A stretch of DNA of 63,235 bases, counting the filler, from Dugesia japonica (Eukaryota), in assembly GCA_001938525.1 (NCBI GenBank). It is 6 parts of 6 records of this genome, joined end to end, with 100 filler letters (N's around TTAATTAATTAA, not from the genome) between each part and the next. Parts side by side here need not be neighbours in the genome. Positions count along the whole stretch, not along the records: positions 1 to 11,402 come from MQRL01634894.1; positions 11,503 to 20,674 come from MQRL01607395.1; 4 more parts are not named here. One strand, given 5' to 3'. Both the position numbers and the translations under genes were made by a program. The notes under the pieces were generated by a model. That model did no database searches and had not been told where the DNA came from. It was given only the letters and a program-made list of their open reading frames with translations. Positions 1 through 12,603 of this stretch are shown here, piece by piece; the stretch's first letter is position 1, and the number at the start of each line of letters is the position of its first letter.

Positions 1-26
1 TGGAATATATTTAAAACCTTATTAAA

Positions 27-918
27 ATGGCTATACCAAAAATCAGTACCAGTGAAGTGATATTAGAAAGTAGAATTAAAGAATTAAAAGAAATAATTGC
101 AAAGGAAGAAAAATATAATGAATATTTCTCTAGTAAAGTTCTTCAATCTAAAAACCTACTAGCTTCACTAACTCTTCAACAACAACCAACACTTTCAGCA
201 TTACAACAATTACAACCAACAGTACAACCAAAACCTCCAACTTTGGAAATGGATACTCAAACAAAAATACAAGTAGAGACAATATTTGTAAATAAAAAAT
301 GCATTCACTCCAACAATTGAATTGAAACCTAATAATAATTTACCTCCAACAATAACTCCAGATTTTTTTAATGAAACCATTTTAGAAAAAACATATCTAA
401 TAATAAAAATTAATATTAGAAAAATATATTTAGTCTTGGTAGATACAGAACCAAANNNNNNNNNNNNNNNNNNNNNTCTTATTCCATATTCAGATGAAGT
501 AATGAATTTAATCCTTGGAAATATAACTGACGATATAAAAACAGAAGATATTAATATTTATTTATTTACTTTAAAGATTTCACACCCCTACAACAGCAAT
601 TATTATCAAACATTAAAAAATAAAATCCAACCAAAAAAAGAATCAATCGTAACTCAAGGCACAGTACCAAAAACTCCAGAAAAACGAAAAAGAAAAAAAG
701 CTAAAACACAACCAATATTACACCCACTACAACAAACCATTCAAGGAGTAGGAAATCCAATAAATTTATTTGAAAAATTAATAGTTTTAATTTCAGCTAA
801 AAAAGCCGGTCATGAAAATACCAATTCTGAGATAAAATCAGTCTGTGAAAAATTAAGAGCAAGAAAATTAATTTCAAATGAGAAATATAAAAATTATCAA
901 AAAAAATATTTTAAATGA
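27..918 (+). pseudogene. Polinton/adintovirus-like conserved ORF, frameshifted (ORFs 27-320 and 322-918)
   Basis: N-terminal 'ESRIKELKEII' and C-terminal 'GNPINLFEKLIVLISAKKAGH..EIKSV.EKL...LIS..Y..Y..KYF' match ORF 62257-63183 ('TRIRELEELL', 'FNPLNLFEKLTLLILAAKSGH..DIKKV.KKL...IIS..Y..Y..KYF'). The frameshift probably lies in the A-run near 292-299. Confidence 0.75.
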
Positions 919-1040
919 ATGTCTCATCAGTTTTTAATTACTGGTAAACGTCCTAAGTAAGAAGTTAATTTAAAACGACCATTAGAGTTGAAAGATGAAT
1001 ATGAAATTGATTTAATTTGCTTTTCCGTTTATAATATTAT
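919..1040 (+). pseudogene. Truncated Polinton minor capsid (penton-like) N-terminus
   Basis: ATG at 919 reads MSHQFLITGKRPK*EVNLKRPLELKDEYEIDLICFSVYNII, resembling the 'PI.L...YE..L..F..YN' start of Polinton pentons. It has an internal stop and then breaks into AT-rich DNA. Confidence 0.5.
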
Positions 1041-1749
1041 TAGTCTTAGATTTTCTAAAAACATTTGGAATTACTACAACTACAAATTTTATTTTGTTTT
1101 GTGTATTTTATACATATAAAAAACAAAAAAAAACACAAACAAAATAAAATTTTTAAAAATTTTCAAAAAAAAAACAAAAATTTCAAATTAAAAAATTCTA
1201 AGTATAATATATTTAAAATATCTAAAAGACTTTTCTGTATTAATCAAAAAAAATTTTAAATTTTTTGAGTTGATTTAAAAATAAAAAATTAAAATCATTA
1301 AAATTAAAAGTATAAAAAAAATTAACCAATAAAATTTCGATAAAATTTAAAGGATTGAGTAACAAAGATCTATTGTATTGAATATCTCAAGAAGCCAACA
1401 TGCTCTTGGAGAAGACTATTGTCGAAAATTTGAACTTTTTTACAAATAAATTTTATTTTGATCGAAGCCTTTTCTTATTTTAATGAAATCTCAAATGCGA
1501 TCAATGGTTAATTCCAACAATTATTCTCACAATAATTGTAATTATAAAATTGTATATTTTGTTCAAATAAAATTTTCTGAATTTTCGAGTTGGTTTTATT
1601 GTGGACAAAGATTTTTTTAAAGTTGGGTAATCGATTATTTACGTCTATTCTGTAGACGCACCTGAAATCTAACTTGTGGAATCGGCAACCCAACAAAATA
1701 AAATATTAAGATCCAGTTTGAATTACATGTTGGATTTATAAGGGACTAT

Positions 1750-2200
1750 GAAGTTAAAACTTGTGGGATTTTTAAATTCATTGTTTCATTGAGTGATGAG
1801 TTCTCTGAGTAAGGTATAAGATTTTTGAATGAAAAATTATTATTAGCAGCGAGTTAAGTAATCGCTGGCTTCTTAGAAAAATATTGGAGACAAATTTTTA
1901 GTTAACTAAAGTTCCTAATATAAGTAAATTGTCCAAACAACCTGAAAACCTTGTGAAGAAAACAGCTGTTCTTAATATTCAAAACCAAGGCAATATATGT
2001 TTCATCTATAACATCCTTGCTATACTTAAACAAGATGATGTAGAAGAATATCATAAGTATCTAGTTTTGTAATGTAAGAAATACATAAGAGAACTAATAT
2101 TTGATGAGTCAGACATGCCAATGAAGTTGGCAAATATTCCTAAGTTTTAAAAAATAATCCAGGACTTTTTATAAATGTAAATTCTTGGAACCAAATTAAT
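1750..2200 (+). pseudogene. Fragment of Polinton pPolB N-terminal (OTU-like) region
   Basis: Reads ...PENLVKKTAVLNIQNQGNICFIYNILAILK...KYIRELIFDESDMPMKLANIPKF*, homologous to 'GVINIKNYDNKCFLYSILAH...YINRLSELKYDELDFPMKIDDIKKFE' in ORF 58094. Stops present; boundaries approximate. Confidence 0.7.
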
Positions 2201-3939
2201 CTTTGTGATGATAATATCTATGTGATAATTTTAGATTTTACCGACAACACAATTAAATTTTTTTTAAAAATTATATTAACAAACTTTTCAATCACCGATA
2301 AAAATCAATACAAACTTAGCAACTAGCTACAAAAAATATTTAAATTACAATTCAAATATGAAGAAAAAATTCAGTGATTTGCAAATTACTGAGGAAAAAA
2401 TCGGAACTGAAAATTCACAAGAAGAATTGCAAAAATGAAAATAGTGTATCTCCAAAAATAATAGTTGTTAAAATAGAATCCATATACCGAATATTTCCTA
2501 AACTTAACCAATAATTGAGCCAAAGAAAACATATGTAAAGAGAATTAAAAGATAAGAAAACAAATCAAGTACCCTTCAATAAAAAATACTTTAAATTTTT
2601 CTTTAATTTTTACAATTTTTCTGGTTAATATATTTTGATATAATAATAGTCTGTTAATTGTATTATTTTTTATGACAATATTTTAAAATGTATTCTGTGT
2701 AGCATACAAATATAATATAGTCGAAATAACAATCACTCCAGATGTCTCTAAAATGGAATTTATTTTGAAAACTCTCTTGGGAACAAGGTTCGAAACCAAT
2801 TAAATTTACAATAATTAAAATAAAATAACATAAGTTATGGGATATAGAAATTAAATTAAAAATTTTTGAGCAATAAATTAAGTTAACAAAAATATAAAGG
2901 AACAACAAAACTATAAGTAACAACATAATATAATATGGAAATCCAATAAATTTAACGCCTTTATCAGATCAAAGATTAAAATTATTATTAGAATAACTTA
3001 TTTAGTACTAATTAAAAACCAGGATATTTCAAGAAAAACTTGTTGAAGTATCAATGAAATCCAAATTTAACAAATACTATAGTATTATAAATAATAGATC
3101 AGTTACTTCTTAAATGAATGAAACAAAACGAATACCCGTTCTAAATATTCAAATTAAGAGAAACAGTAAAATATACAATAGGGATTTGAAAGTTCTACAT
3201 GACTCATTGAAAAACTTCTGAAAAATCCTGAATACAAAGAAAAATAGAAAATACTATTTAAATTAATTTCTGATAAATTGAACACAAATTGTCATTGTTA
3301 TAATAATTTGTGGTTGGTGTGATAACAGTTAAAACTAACCAAATATTATCGGATTTCAAAAGTAAAAACAAAATTTTTAGCAAAAGCCGTTAAGACTATC
3401 TCAGCAGTCAGTTACACAATTAACAATCGCTTCAATTTCTCAGTTGTAATGAATGAAATAAATCATAAGAATTAAATGGATGATTTCATTAAATCATTCT
3501 ATTTTATTATTTTTCTACAAAGTTTATATTTNAAGCATTATTAAGATTGCTTAAAATTTGATATTTTGAAATAAAAAAATTAGTGCTTTTTTTAGTTTTT
3601 CATAAAATATTTCTTTATAAAAATACTTTTCGAGATTTAAAGCTTTTATAAAAGCTTTTAAAAAAATATTCATTACAAGTATTATATTCATTAGTAGTAT
3701 ATTAATTACAATTGATATTTTTACAAGATTTCTTACCCTAAATTTTTAACTGACTTAAAATAAATAATTATAATTATAAATGTCTTTTGCAAAATATTAA
3801 ATATTTTCATTTTTATTTATTATTTATAAATTGTTTGTTTCTCTGTAGCATTTGTATTTGTTTTCTAACATATTTCATTAAATTTTGAATTTCATAGTTG
3901 TTAATAACCACTGATTTTATTAACCCGAATTTAAATTAA

Positions 3940-6900
3940 ATGCCACGAAATCGTAGTAGAAGTAAAGAATTAAAAGTAAACAGTTTATATGTATATATAT
4001 ATGTACAAAATGTTTTAAATATCAAGGTCGAAAAACGAGACAGTCATTATGATGATTATCGAAAGCGCAAATCATATGAATCCAGTTTAGATCGAAGACG
4101 TGAAAACGAAGAGTAGTTAAATAAAGTATAAAATAATGTTGATCATGAATTATAGTTCTAAATATCCGAGGAAGGATAAATATGAAAAAAAGGAATCTGT
4201 TACTAGATCGCCTAGCCCAAAGAATAATATTGATACTGATAAAAAGAAAGAAGTAAATGACGTCAAAATTGAGTAAGTTTTGAAATGGATTAGTTTAATG
4301 ATAAATGGTTAGAGGTATGTAAAATTAATCAAATAGAAATACTTTTTTTAGTATAATCTACATAATTTTTATGATTTTCTGTATGTTTTATTAAAATATT
4401 CAGATTTCAATAATTGTGTATTAATGATTTTTTGTAATTGGATTTACTTTTCTATTGCAAAATAGTTATAAATAATAAATGTTTTTTTTTCGACTGATAA
4501 TTTGATTACGACTTATGAATTTTAGTGTTTTCATACTTGTTATATTCTATCACATTAAAAAATTATTTCAATAAATTCTATTTCTAAATTTTTGAATATT
4601 CAATTCATATTCTAAAATTAGAGCAAACAAAAAATGTTTTAAATGATCTAGTTGGTATTGTTTTACCTTAATTACAACATTCAATATTAATTATTAATCT
4701 AAATTTTATAATTTTTAGTGAATAATTTTCCGGCATTTGTTCCTTTTTTAAAAGTTTTAGAAAATAAGTTCTGTATTTTCCGGAATAATATGTTCTATTA
4801 TTAACTAAATCATTGTTACAATGTTTAAATTTAATTGGAATTAATTGGAATTAGAATTAAAGTTTAACAATATTTCATTATAAACTTTATATTAATTTCA
4901 AATAAATTTAATCACGAAACAGTAATAAATATAACTAAACTTTGTTTTTACGCGCCCGTAATTCACATTTTGGCGCTATTTGCGTTCAATTTGTTCAATC
5001 CAATTTTCTAACTACATATCTACGTTTTTTTTATCAGTCTTCAAAAACAGGGTTTCGCTGTAAACGATTTACGTTTTATAAATTTTCGATTTTCAGGTTT
5101 GTGGATTATCTGTGCATAAAATTATTTTAATAATTGATTTACCTTGTTTTAATTGTATAATAACTCAAATGTATACGTGACTTACACTTGCTTCGTCTAA
5201 AGAATCATCCACACCAGGCCATAAATCATCTAAAGAACGTATCACAATCATATAAATCATATCAACGGAACACACAAAATGAAACCTAGTGAGTGGAAAA
5301 GCAAAAACTGAGATAATCTAATTTAGGGGTGCGCAACTTTTGTTTATTGACGGCCGCACAATTTTTTCCTTTATCACGGCCACACGACAAGAACAATATT
5401 TTCCAAATATATATACATACATACATTTGCATTTAGCATATGGTTTATTTACAAATCAAAAAAGTTTAACAATATTTCATTATAAAATTTATATTAATTT
5501 CAAATAAATTTAATTAGTTACGACAATATGACCAAACTATATTTCATTGATAAAAGCTAAATTAAAAACTTTGTATAGCTTGTCTATTATATTTTAAGAC
5601 TATAGATTTAAGCACAATATCGAGATTTTCCACAAGCGCCAAACCATTTAGCCACTGTCGCAGGTTGCGCACTACTAATCTAATTCAACCAGATGAAAAT
5701 GAAAGTTGAAAAACATTACCAATCGTATTTATTACGACTCGGCACTGATTTCTGTCGACACTTGGCTAAAGCACATCTACCAATGGAACTTCTAATTTAA
5801 CGATATAATAGCTTTAAAATAAATTCAAGATAATATTGGAATTTCATTGAGAAATTCACTGAAACAAACCAAAATTACAGATTTTTTAATTAAGCTTTGA
5901 GTGTATTAAACAGTTGAAAAGATTGTTTATTTTGTATATGTATTGTTTACTTTATAAGAGTATATAAGGCGTTTTATTAAAATAGCTTACCTGTGTATTA
6001 TCCGTGTCGGTCATCTCCATCATTAATCTGGATAATCGGGAGTTTACTGTTTATTAAAGTATTTTTATCTTAAGTTTTTGAAATCTTGTTTTAATATATT
6101 TGAAAGTTGTTAGTTACTTTACTTAAAATGTACTTGTTAATTTTTTTATAACAGCAATACAGTTCAAAATTAATTTTTAAAATTGGTTACAATCAACAGG
6201 TTATTACATTTTTTAATCAGTAAAACCCATTAATTGAATTAGCTTAATTATTTATTGGTTTCTCCGTTTAAAATAGAAATCATTTTAAAAGAATTTTTGT
6301 AATTGGACAAAAGATTTATAGTATTAAACTCATTTGGTTGAAAAATTTTATTGAATTCCATCGACTGTAATAAATAGGTGACGATAAATATAAATTCTTT
6401 ATGCCTTTCAGATTTCTATCCCTGATTTCCAATCACATTGGAATTATCATTAACTATTTTGTAATAAATCTGGATTTTAATTGAAGTCAACAGTGAATAG
6501 ATTTGTTGCAATTAGATATATATGGAAAATAATTATGGTTATAATAATATATATTTAATTCAAGTAATTTTATAGTTCTTTTATTTACAGCTTTACATGG
6601 TTTGGAGAAGATTGGTCTCATAAAATAAGTGAATATTAACCAATCAGTTATCTTTAAAAGTGGATCTTAACACCAGAGACTTTTAAAATAATAAACGTTT
6701 TATTATAAATAAAATTATAATTACTTTTTCTAAGTATTATGAATACTTAAAAATTTCAGACAAGAAGAAGATGATCAGGATAGTAGGACAATATTTGTTT
6801 GGCAGTTATCAAAGAAAATACGACACAGCGATTTGAAAGATTTCTTTTCTAAAGCTGGTCCTTTAAAAGATGTTCGACTTATTAAAGATCAGCGAACTAA

Positions 6901-7655
6901 TCGTCCTAAAGGAATAGCATATGTGGAATTTTGCAAAGTTGAATCTGTTGCAAAAGCTCTAACATTTGCCGGTTCACGTTTACTTGGTGTTCCTATTCAG
7001 GTAATTAATTTGAATAGTGGATTGATGGATATTTATTGATAGATAAATCAAGTTATGGATAAACCTGATGCTAGTGATGGTGCATCAGGGTTATTGGATA
7101 ATGACTACGCTGATAGAGGAGGGGTTGGGTTGGGAAATACAGGCCGATTAGCTTTAATGGCTAAACTTGCTGAAGGTACCGGGCTGGAATTACCTAAACC
7201 AGCTCTCGAGATAATGAAATCCTCCCTTGGTTCGCAGAATTTTGCTGTTAGTGATATAGTGAATATGAAGAGACAAGTGCCGATCGCTAGTGAATGCTTC
7301 GTTCTGGGAAATATGTTTGAAAACCCGTCTAAAAATAGTAAATCTCTATTGGACGCTTCTTTCTTTCAAGAATTAAAAGAAGACGTTGAAGATGAATGTA
7401 GTAGACATGGAAAAGTTTTAAACGTTTTTATTGACAAGCGCGGGCCTGGTGGCAATGTTTATGCAAAATGTGCTAATGTGGAGGACGCAAAGAAATGCGT
7501 TAATGTCATGCATGGTAGATATTTCTCAGGTAGATAATTTATGAACTTATTGCCAGTTGATTAATTTTGTCTCAGGTCGAATAGTTACTGCTAATTTCAT
7601 CACCATGAGCACATTTCATCAAATGTTGTTGAGCTGTAATTCTGGTCCGAAATGA
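3940..7655 (+). CDS. RBM39: RNA-binding protein 39 / Caper-like splicing factor; exons 3940-3975, 4027-4112, 4156-4272, 6760-7000, 7043-7529, 7576-7655
   Basis: RS-like N-terminus; RRM (SRTIFVWQLS...RPKGIAYVEF); linker GRLALMAKLAEGTGL; C-terminal UHM (CFVLGNMF...DVEDECSRHG...GNVY...MHGRYFSGR). All introns are GT-AG and phases are consistent. Confidence 0.9.
5150..6048 (+). mobile_element. Decayed Tigger/pogo DNA transposon inside the RBM39 long intron
   Basis: Peptide remnants LASSKESSTPGHKSSKERITI and GTHKMKP..GKAK; right end TCTGGATAATCGGGAGTTTACTG resembles a Tigger TIR. Confidence 0.55.
5324..5677. mobile_element. hAT-type MITE with 8-bp TSD
   Basis: TIRs TAGGGGTGCGCAAC / GTTGCGCACTACTA (12/14 match), flanked by perfect ATCTAATT duplications at 5316-5323 and 5678-5685. 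Confidence 0.8.
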
Positions 7656-8339
7656 TAATTTTATATTTGTAAATATTCTTAATACAGTTTAAAGATTTAC
7701 GTCTGGATCTTTTATTTTTACATTTATTTATAACAAATTTATTGGTATTAGTTGGAAGAATGTTCACTTTTCTCTTCACTGTTGTAGTGCATTTCTATTT
7801 ATGTTTAAATAATCGATGATATTTGTTACTATTGTTTTTCCCAGCAGCATTAGTAATTCTGAAGAGTTTTAATGCGAAATAAATAATTCTTTCCGAGTAC
7901 ATGCGATCTGTAAAATACTAGTAAATCATTGTAATGATCATTCACCAAGTTTATTGTACGTTCAAATATTCGCGATTAAAATTATTAGTTAAATTAAGAA
8001 TTTCACAAATCCATAAATTTTATTTAATATTACAAATTTTTCATTAAAGCTGAAAAGAATGAAAGGATAATACATAATATTTTAACAAATAATTCGTACC
8101 TTAAAACAGCATTGTCCAACTTATCTTTGCCCGCTAGTCAATATTTCTTTAGTAAACATTTCTGGGGCAAAAATGACCTTGGCGCCACCAATCAGGGTTT
8201 TCGTGTGCGTTAACTCATCACATGGATACTCTATTGGCTGTTTAACTCTGACGAATTAAGTGAAGTTTCGCAGTGTGGTTAATACTTAAACAATTTTGCT
8301 AGCTAAAAAAATTGACCTTGTTGTGAGTTGCCACGCATC

Positions 8340-9300
8340 GATGTTTAAGATTTTAACTCTTAAAATGAATAAACTAAATAAATGTTTCTTTTCAAGTAAA
8401 AAACTAATAAACATGATCGCTGAAAGAAATGACTTTTATTGGAAAATGAGTTAAATAATTTGGTTATATATTTATGTGCTGATTGTCGGCAGGTAATTGA
8501 ACGACAAATTCTTTATAAAGCACGTAAGGAAGCAATCAAGATGAAATTGGATTATAAAGGTTCACTAAAATGAGTGTATAATTTCATGTAAAGAAACTGT
8601 CTAGTACGTCGGGCTGTTACTTTACATTTGGCAGCACTTGGCTTAGAGATTGGGAGAAAAAGGTTGCTCAATACAAAAATCATGAATTATGTTGAAGAAC
8701 ATAAAGTTGGATTGGGTCTTAATCATATTAGAAATATTGATGAAGTTCCTGTTAGTTTTGATCTTCCCAGCAAATTTACAATATCTGAAAAGGAGACATC
8801 TGATGTCAAAATCAGTACAACAGGGCATGAAAAATGCAATTTTACTGTTGCATTCACAATAACTGTGGATGGCGGAAAACTGCCACCTTATGCGTTTTTA
8901 AGTGAAAAACTATTCCAAAGTAGTAATTGTGTTGTCTAATGAAAAGGAATGGATGTCAGCTGCTGAGACGGAGCCATGGACTTCAGCAATTTGGAACCGG
9001 AGACCAAATTCTTTTTTCTACATGAAATCTCTTCTAATGTTAGATGCTGCTTCTAGTCATAAGACTGATTCTGTACTAAATAAAATGAAAGCCCTATAAA
9101 TAGTTATTGTAATGATTCCAGGTGCNNNNNNNNNNNNNNNNNNNNNNNNNNNNNNNNNNNNNNNNTATAAGAGTTATACAAAGAGTAGAGCAATAAAAAG
9201 AGCCTTGTAGGAAGAAATTATATAGTGGATATTAAAAGCATAGGATAAAGTTACAATAAGTACAGTTAAGAATGATTTAGAATTAATTTTGGAATTAATT
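8340..9300 (+). mobile_element. pogo-family DDD transposase pseudogene
   Basis: NIDEVPVSFD...TTGHEK..FTV...DGGKLPP, then LLMLDAASSHKT and VMIPG; frameshifts and stops. Confidence 0.8.
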
Positions 9301-11402
9301 TACACGAAGAAGAGCATAGTAAAATTTCTTCAAGTGATTGGGATGAATCTAATGATATAGTTCATGGGTTGGCAGATGAAGGATATGTTGATATGGTAGA
9401 ACAGCAGATTCAATTAGATCTGATCTACATCTTAAGAAAAGAATTTTAACCATCTAATTATGTTGAGGCAATAAGTTTTGACCAGTTTATATTTAATCTA
9501 CAAGATGAATTAAGATTAATATGAGTAAAAATGAACTAGAAGGCTGTATAACCAGGAAAGAGCTTCTAGAAATATATTCATATTGCAATTTATCCAAATC
9601 CAAAACCATCTGGCCAAAATAACTTGATTTATTGAGGCATAGTATCTTTGTCTAACAATACAGCCTTTAGTCCTTCTGCAATTTTAAGTGTAAGTTACAA
9701 ATCTCTTCTCACTNTTATATAGCAGGAGATCCATTTATTTCTTCAGGTTCTTCGCTGTTTTTTGATATAGCGCATTTTATAATGGTTTTTTAGAAGTTTT
9801 TTTTCAAATTGGGTTTTTGATTCTGCTCATCTCACATAACCCACATTAATATAATCGGCAAATATTTCCGTTTGTTTGAAATGCACTTTATTATATACTG
9901 CAGTTTTACGAGCAACGAGCTTTATAAATAATTATAATAATTGTTTAACAGAAACTGCATTTAAATTTTATAATGTTGAACTCAAGCTTTCATAACTACT
10001 ATTATGTTGATCTCCGTTTTGAAATGCAACTAGAATAGAATTTAGTAAACGTCGATCACCAAAGATTTGTTCCTTATGTTGGATTACTTCTAGTAACTTA
10101 CTAGGCTTTTGATATTAGTTTTGTGACTTCTCTCCTGGTCGATGCTTCGTCTTTCTGATTTAGATTTCTGTCTGGGGGATGATACCTAGTATCCACAGAA
10201 ATATTTGTGATCCACAAAATCCTGTATCGCAGTCCTTCATTCCTTAATTCAGCGGGACTATATGGTATCCCGTCTTGTGATTTTCAATTTTGATTCTTTT
10301 GATTCTTAATATATGATTGAATCACCAAAATAACACGAATCTTTACAAGAATATTTTATTTCATGTACAATTTGTTATTCGTCCAGATCGATGACTTCCT
10401 TTAACTTCTCCTTCCCTGCCTCTTTCTCCGATCTTGATACTTGTGTTAATGTTCGTACTGTAGCTATTAACACGCCTTCTCTGTCGGTGTACGATTTGTT
10501 GATGTCGGCAATTGGACGACATGTTTGCGAGAGAGCAAGATCTCTTTCTTTGAGGCGATTATTCTTTTCTCTGAGAGGCATATTCTTTCTTTGTAGTTCC
10601 ATGATTTCCGTTTTTAGTTTCTTGTACATGGAGCACCATTTTTTTAGTACATCGGTCATTGGAATGTCCGCTGTTATCTTTCTTGCATTTGCCACTGAAA
10701 ATAATGAAATATCATATTGACTTTGTCAAATTGATTATCGAATCATTCATTCATAAATACGATTATCACCAGATATTAAAATTAAAATCGACAATATTTA
10801 TGTTGTCAGTGAATTATTTTTGAACTTCTTTAGTATTATCAATTACTTATGTTACTGCTTTCATGCGTGAACAGAAAATCAAGAAAATAATTATATAACT
10901 AGAACTATATTGCTTTTAAACAAATGGATCCCATGTCAGTCTGTTGCATGATGTTAGTCTCGTTTAATGATACAAGTATTTGTAGGAGAATTTTCTCAAC
11001 TTTGGTTGATAGTCATTCGGATGACTTTGAGTATTTTTCGGCCTCGGTTTGAGTTAACCGTATTGCTTGTATCAATAGCTGCTGTTGTTGGGTCAGCTCG
11101 GTGTATCTGGTGAGCAGATCGAGCAGCTCTTTTTTCTTTTCTCCTGCCATGTAGTTATCTCCAACAATTGTTCCCGATAATCCTGCTCTTGCTGTTCCAC
11201 CTTTTTATGAAGTGGATCAAGGGTTGTCAACTCCTGTTGGAAAGTATCTTCCATCTGAGCCAGTCGTTCCTTTAGCTCGAATAATTGAATATCTTTTTGC
11301 CGGAGGCGATCCTGCCCGATCCACTATAGTTCCGTATTTGTACCCAATTCTCCGAGACAGTCCCACAAATACAGCATTGCTTCCGTAGAGCTTGTGGAAA
11401 AG

Positions 11403-11502
11403 NNNNNNNNNNNNNNNNNNNNNNNNNNNNNNNNNNNNNNNNNNNNTTAATTAATTAANNNNNNNNNNNNNNNNNNNNNNNNNNNNNNNNNNNNNNNNNN
11501 NN
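11403..11502. other. Artificial contig linker N44-TTAATTAATTAA-N44
   Basis: 12-mer at 11447-11458 gives stops in all six frames; 44 N on each side. Confidence 0.95.
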
Positions 11503-12369
11503 ATGCTGAAAATTATCATAATGCTCGCTCCATAACCAGTAGACGCAACTATATCTTTTACAAATGACAAATCAAAATAGTTGGAATGTTCTTTTACGAG
11601 TTCATTCATCTTTTCTTCATCGCAACGTCCACCTATTTGAAATAAACCAAGATTTATCCACTTTGAGGAAAATGTTTAGAGATTTATATTAAGAAAATGA
11701 CGATTATCGATACAAGTCCATTCATACAAACGTACTGAGAATGTTATGGATTCACTTAAATACTTTTAATGTCATTTATGACTTGCAATTTTATTTCTGG
11801 CTCAAAACTATGGTCGAAATTCATGACAGATTTTTTATCTACTGTCAGTTTAAATCCTCGCATTAAAATCGATTGTCGGATAAACTTTGATTTTGATATT
11901 GTTTTTATAGACATCTCATCTTCTGCAGCCAATGTTTGCATTTATCGCATGTTGCATAATTTTCATTATTTTTCTTGGAAAAATAATTTCAGACTGAAGA
12001 TTTTTTATTTTTTGGCATTATATTTTTAGAAAAAAAAATAAAATAACTAAGAAAATACTTATTTTATGATGCAAGTATGTACAAAATCAATTTATTCAAA
12101 TTTTTGATTTATTTCAGCTGCTAAAGTTTAGCTCAGTTAATATTTTCAAAATAACTTATTTTAAATAAATTTATCGAATGAACAAAAACGTTTTATCAAA
12201 AATGAAACTTTACATTTATAATTAGTTATAAACAACAAGAGATAAAATTGAAATTAGTAGTATTATTTTAATAAAATTTTAAAAGTAAAATTATTTATGA
12301 CTAGCTCGAAGCTCTTTGAGCCCCCGATATTACTTAAAAACATCGAGCTTCGAGCTCGATCCTAACCCT
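11503..12369 (-). mobile_element. hAT transposase remnant with probable terminal sequence
   Basis: Minus strand reads ...EWTCIDNRHFLNINL...WINLGLFQIGGRCDEEKM...IVASTGYGASIM (degenerate hAT DEWT...TTDGASVM). AGGGTTAGGATCGAGCTCGAAGCTCG near 12343-12369 is a candidate end. Confidence 0.65.
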
Positions 12370-12603
12370 TCTTTCTATGCGACAAAAAATTCGGATGATA
12401 TTCAAATGTTTTTCTCCATTTGGCTTTCAAAATTTGTACAGAAGGATGATTTTATCATTGATTAAGATTATCATCAAAATTTGTTTGAATTTAATGTAAA
12501 AAAATTTTTCCGGTCCCCATAAAATAAACGCTTAAGTATTATTTTAGCAATAAATTCATTTTTTCAATAAAAAAAAAATTTCGTTAAAATAAGTCAAATG
12601 CAT

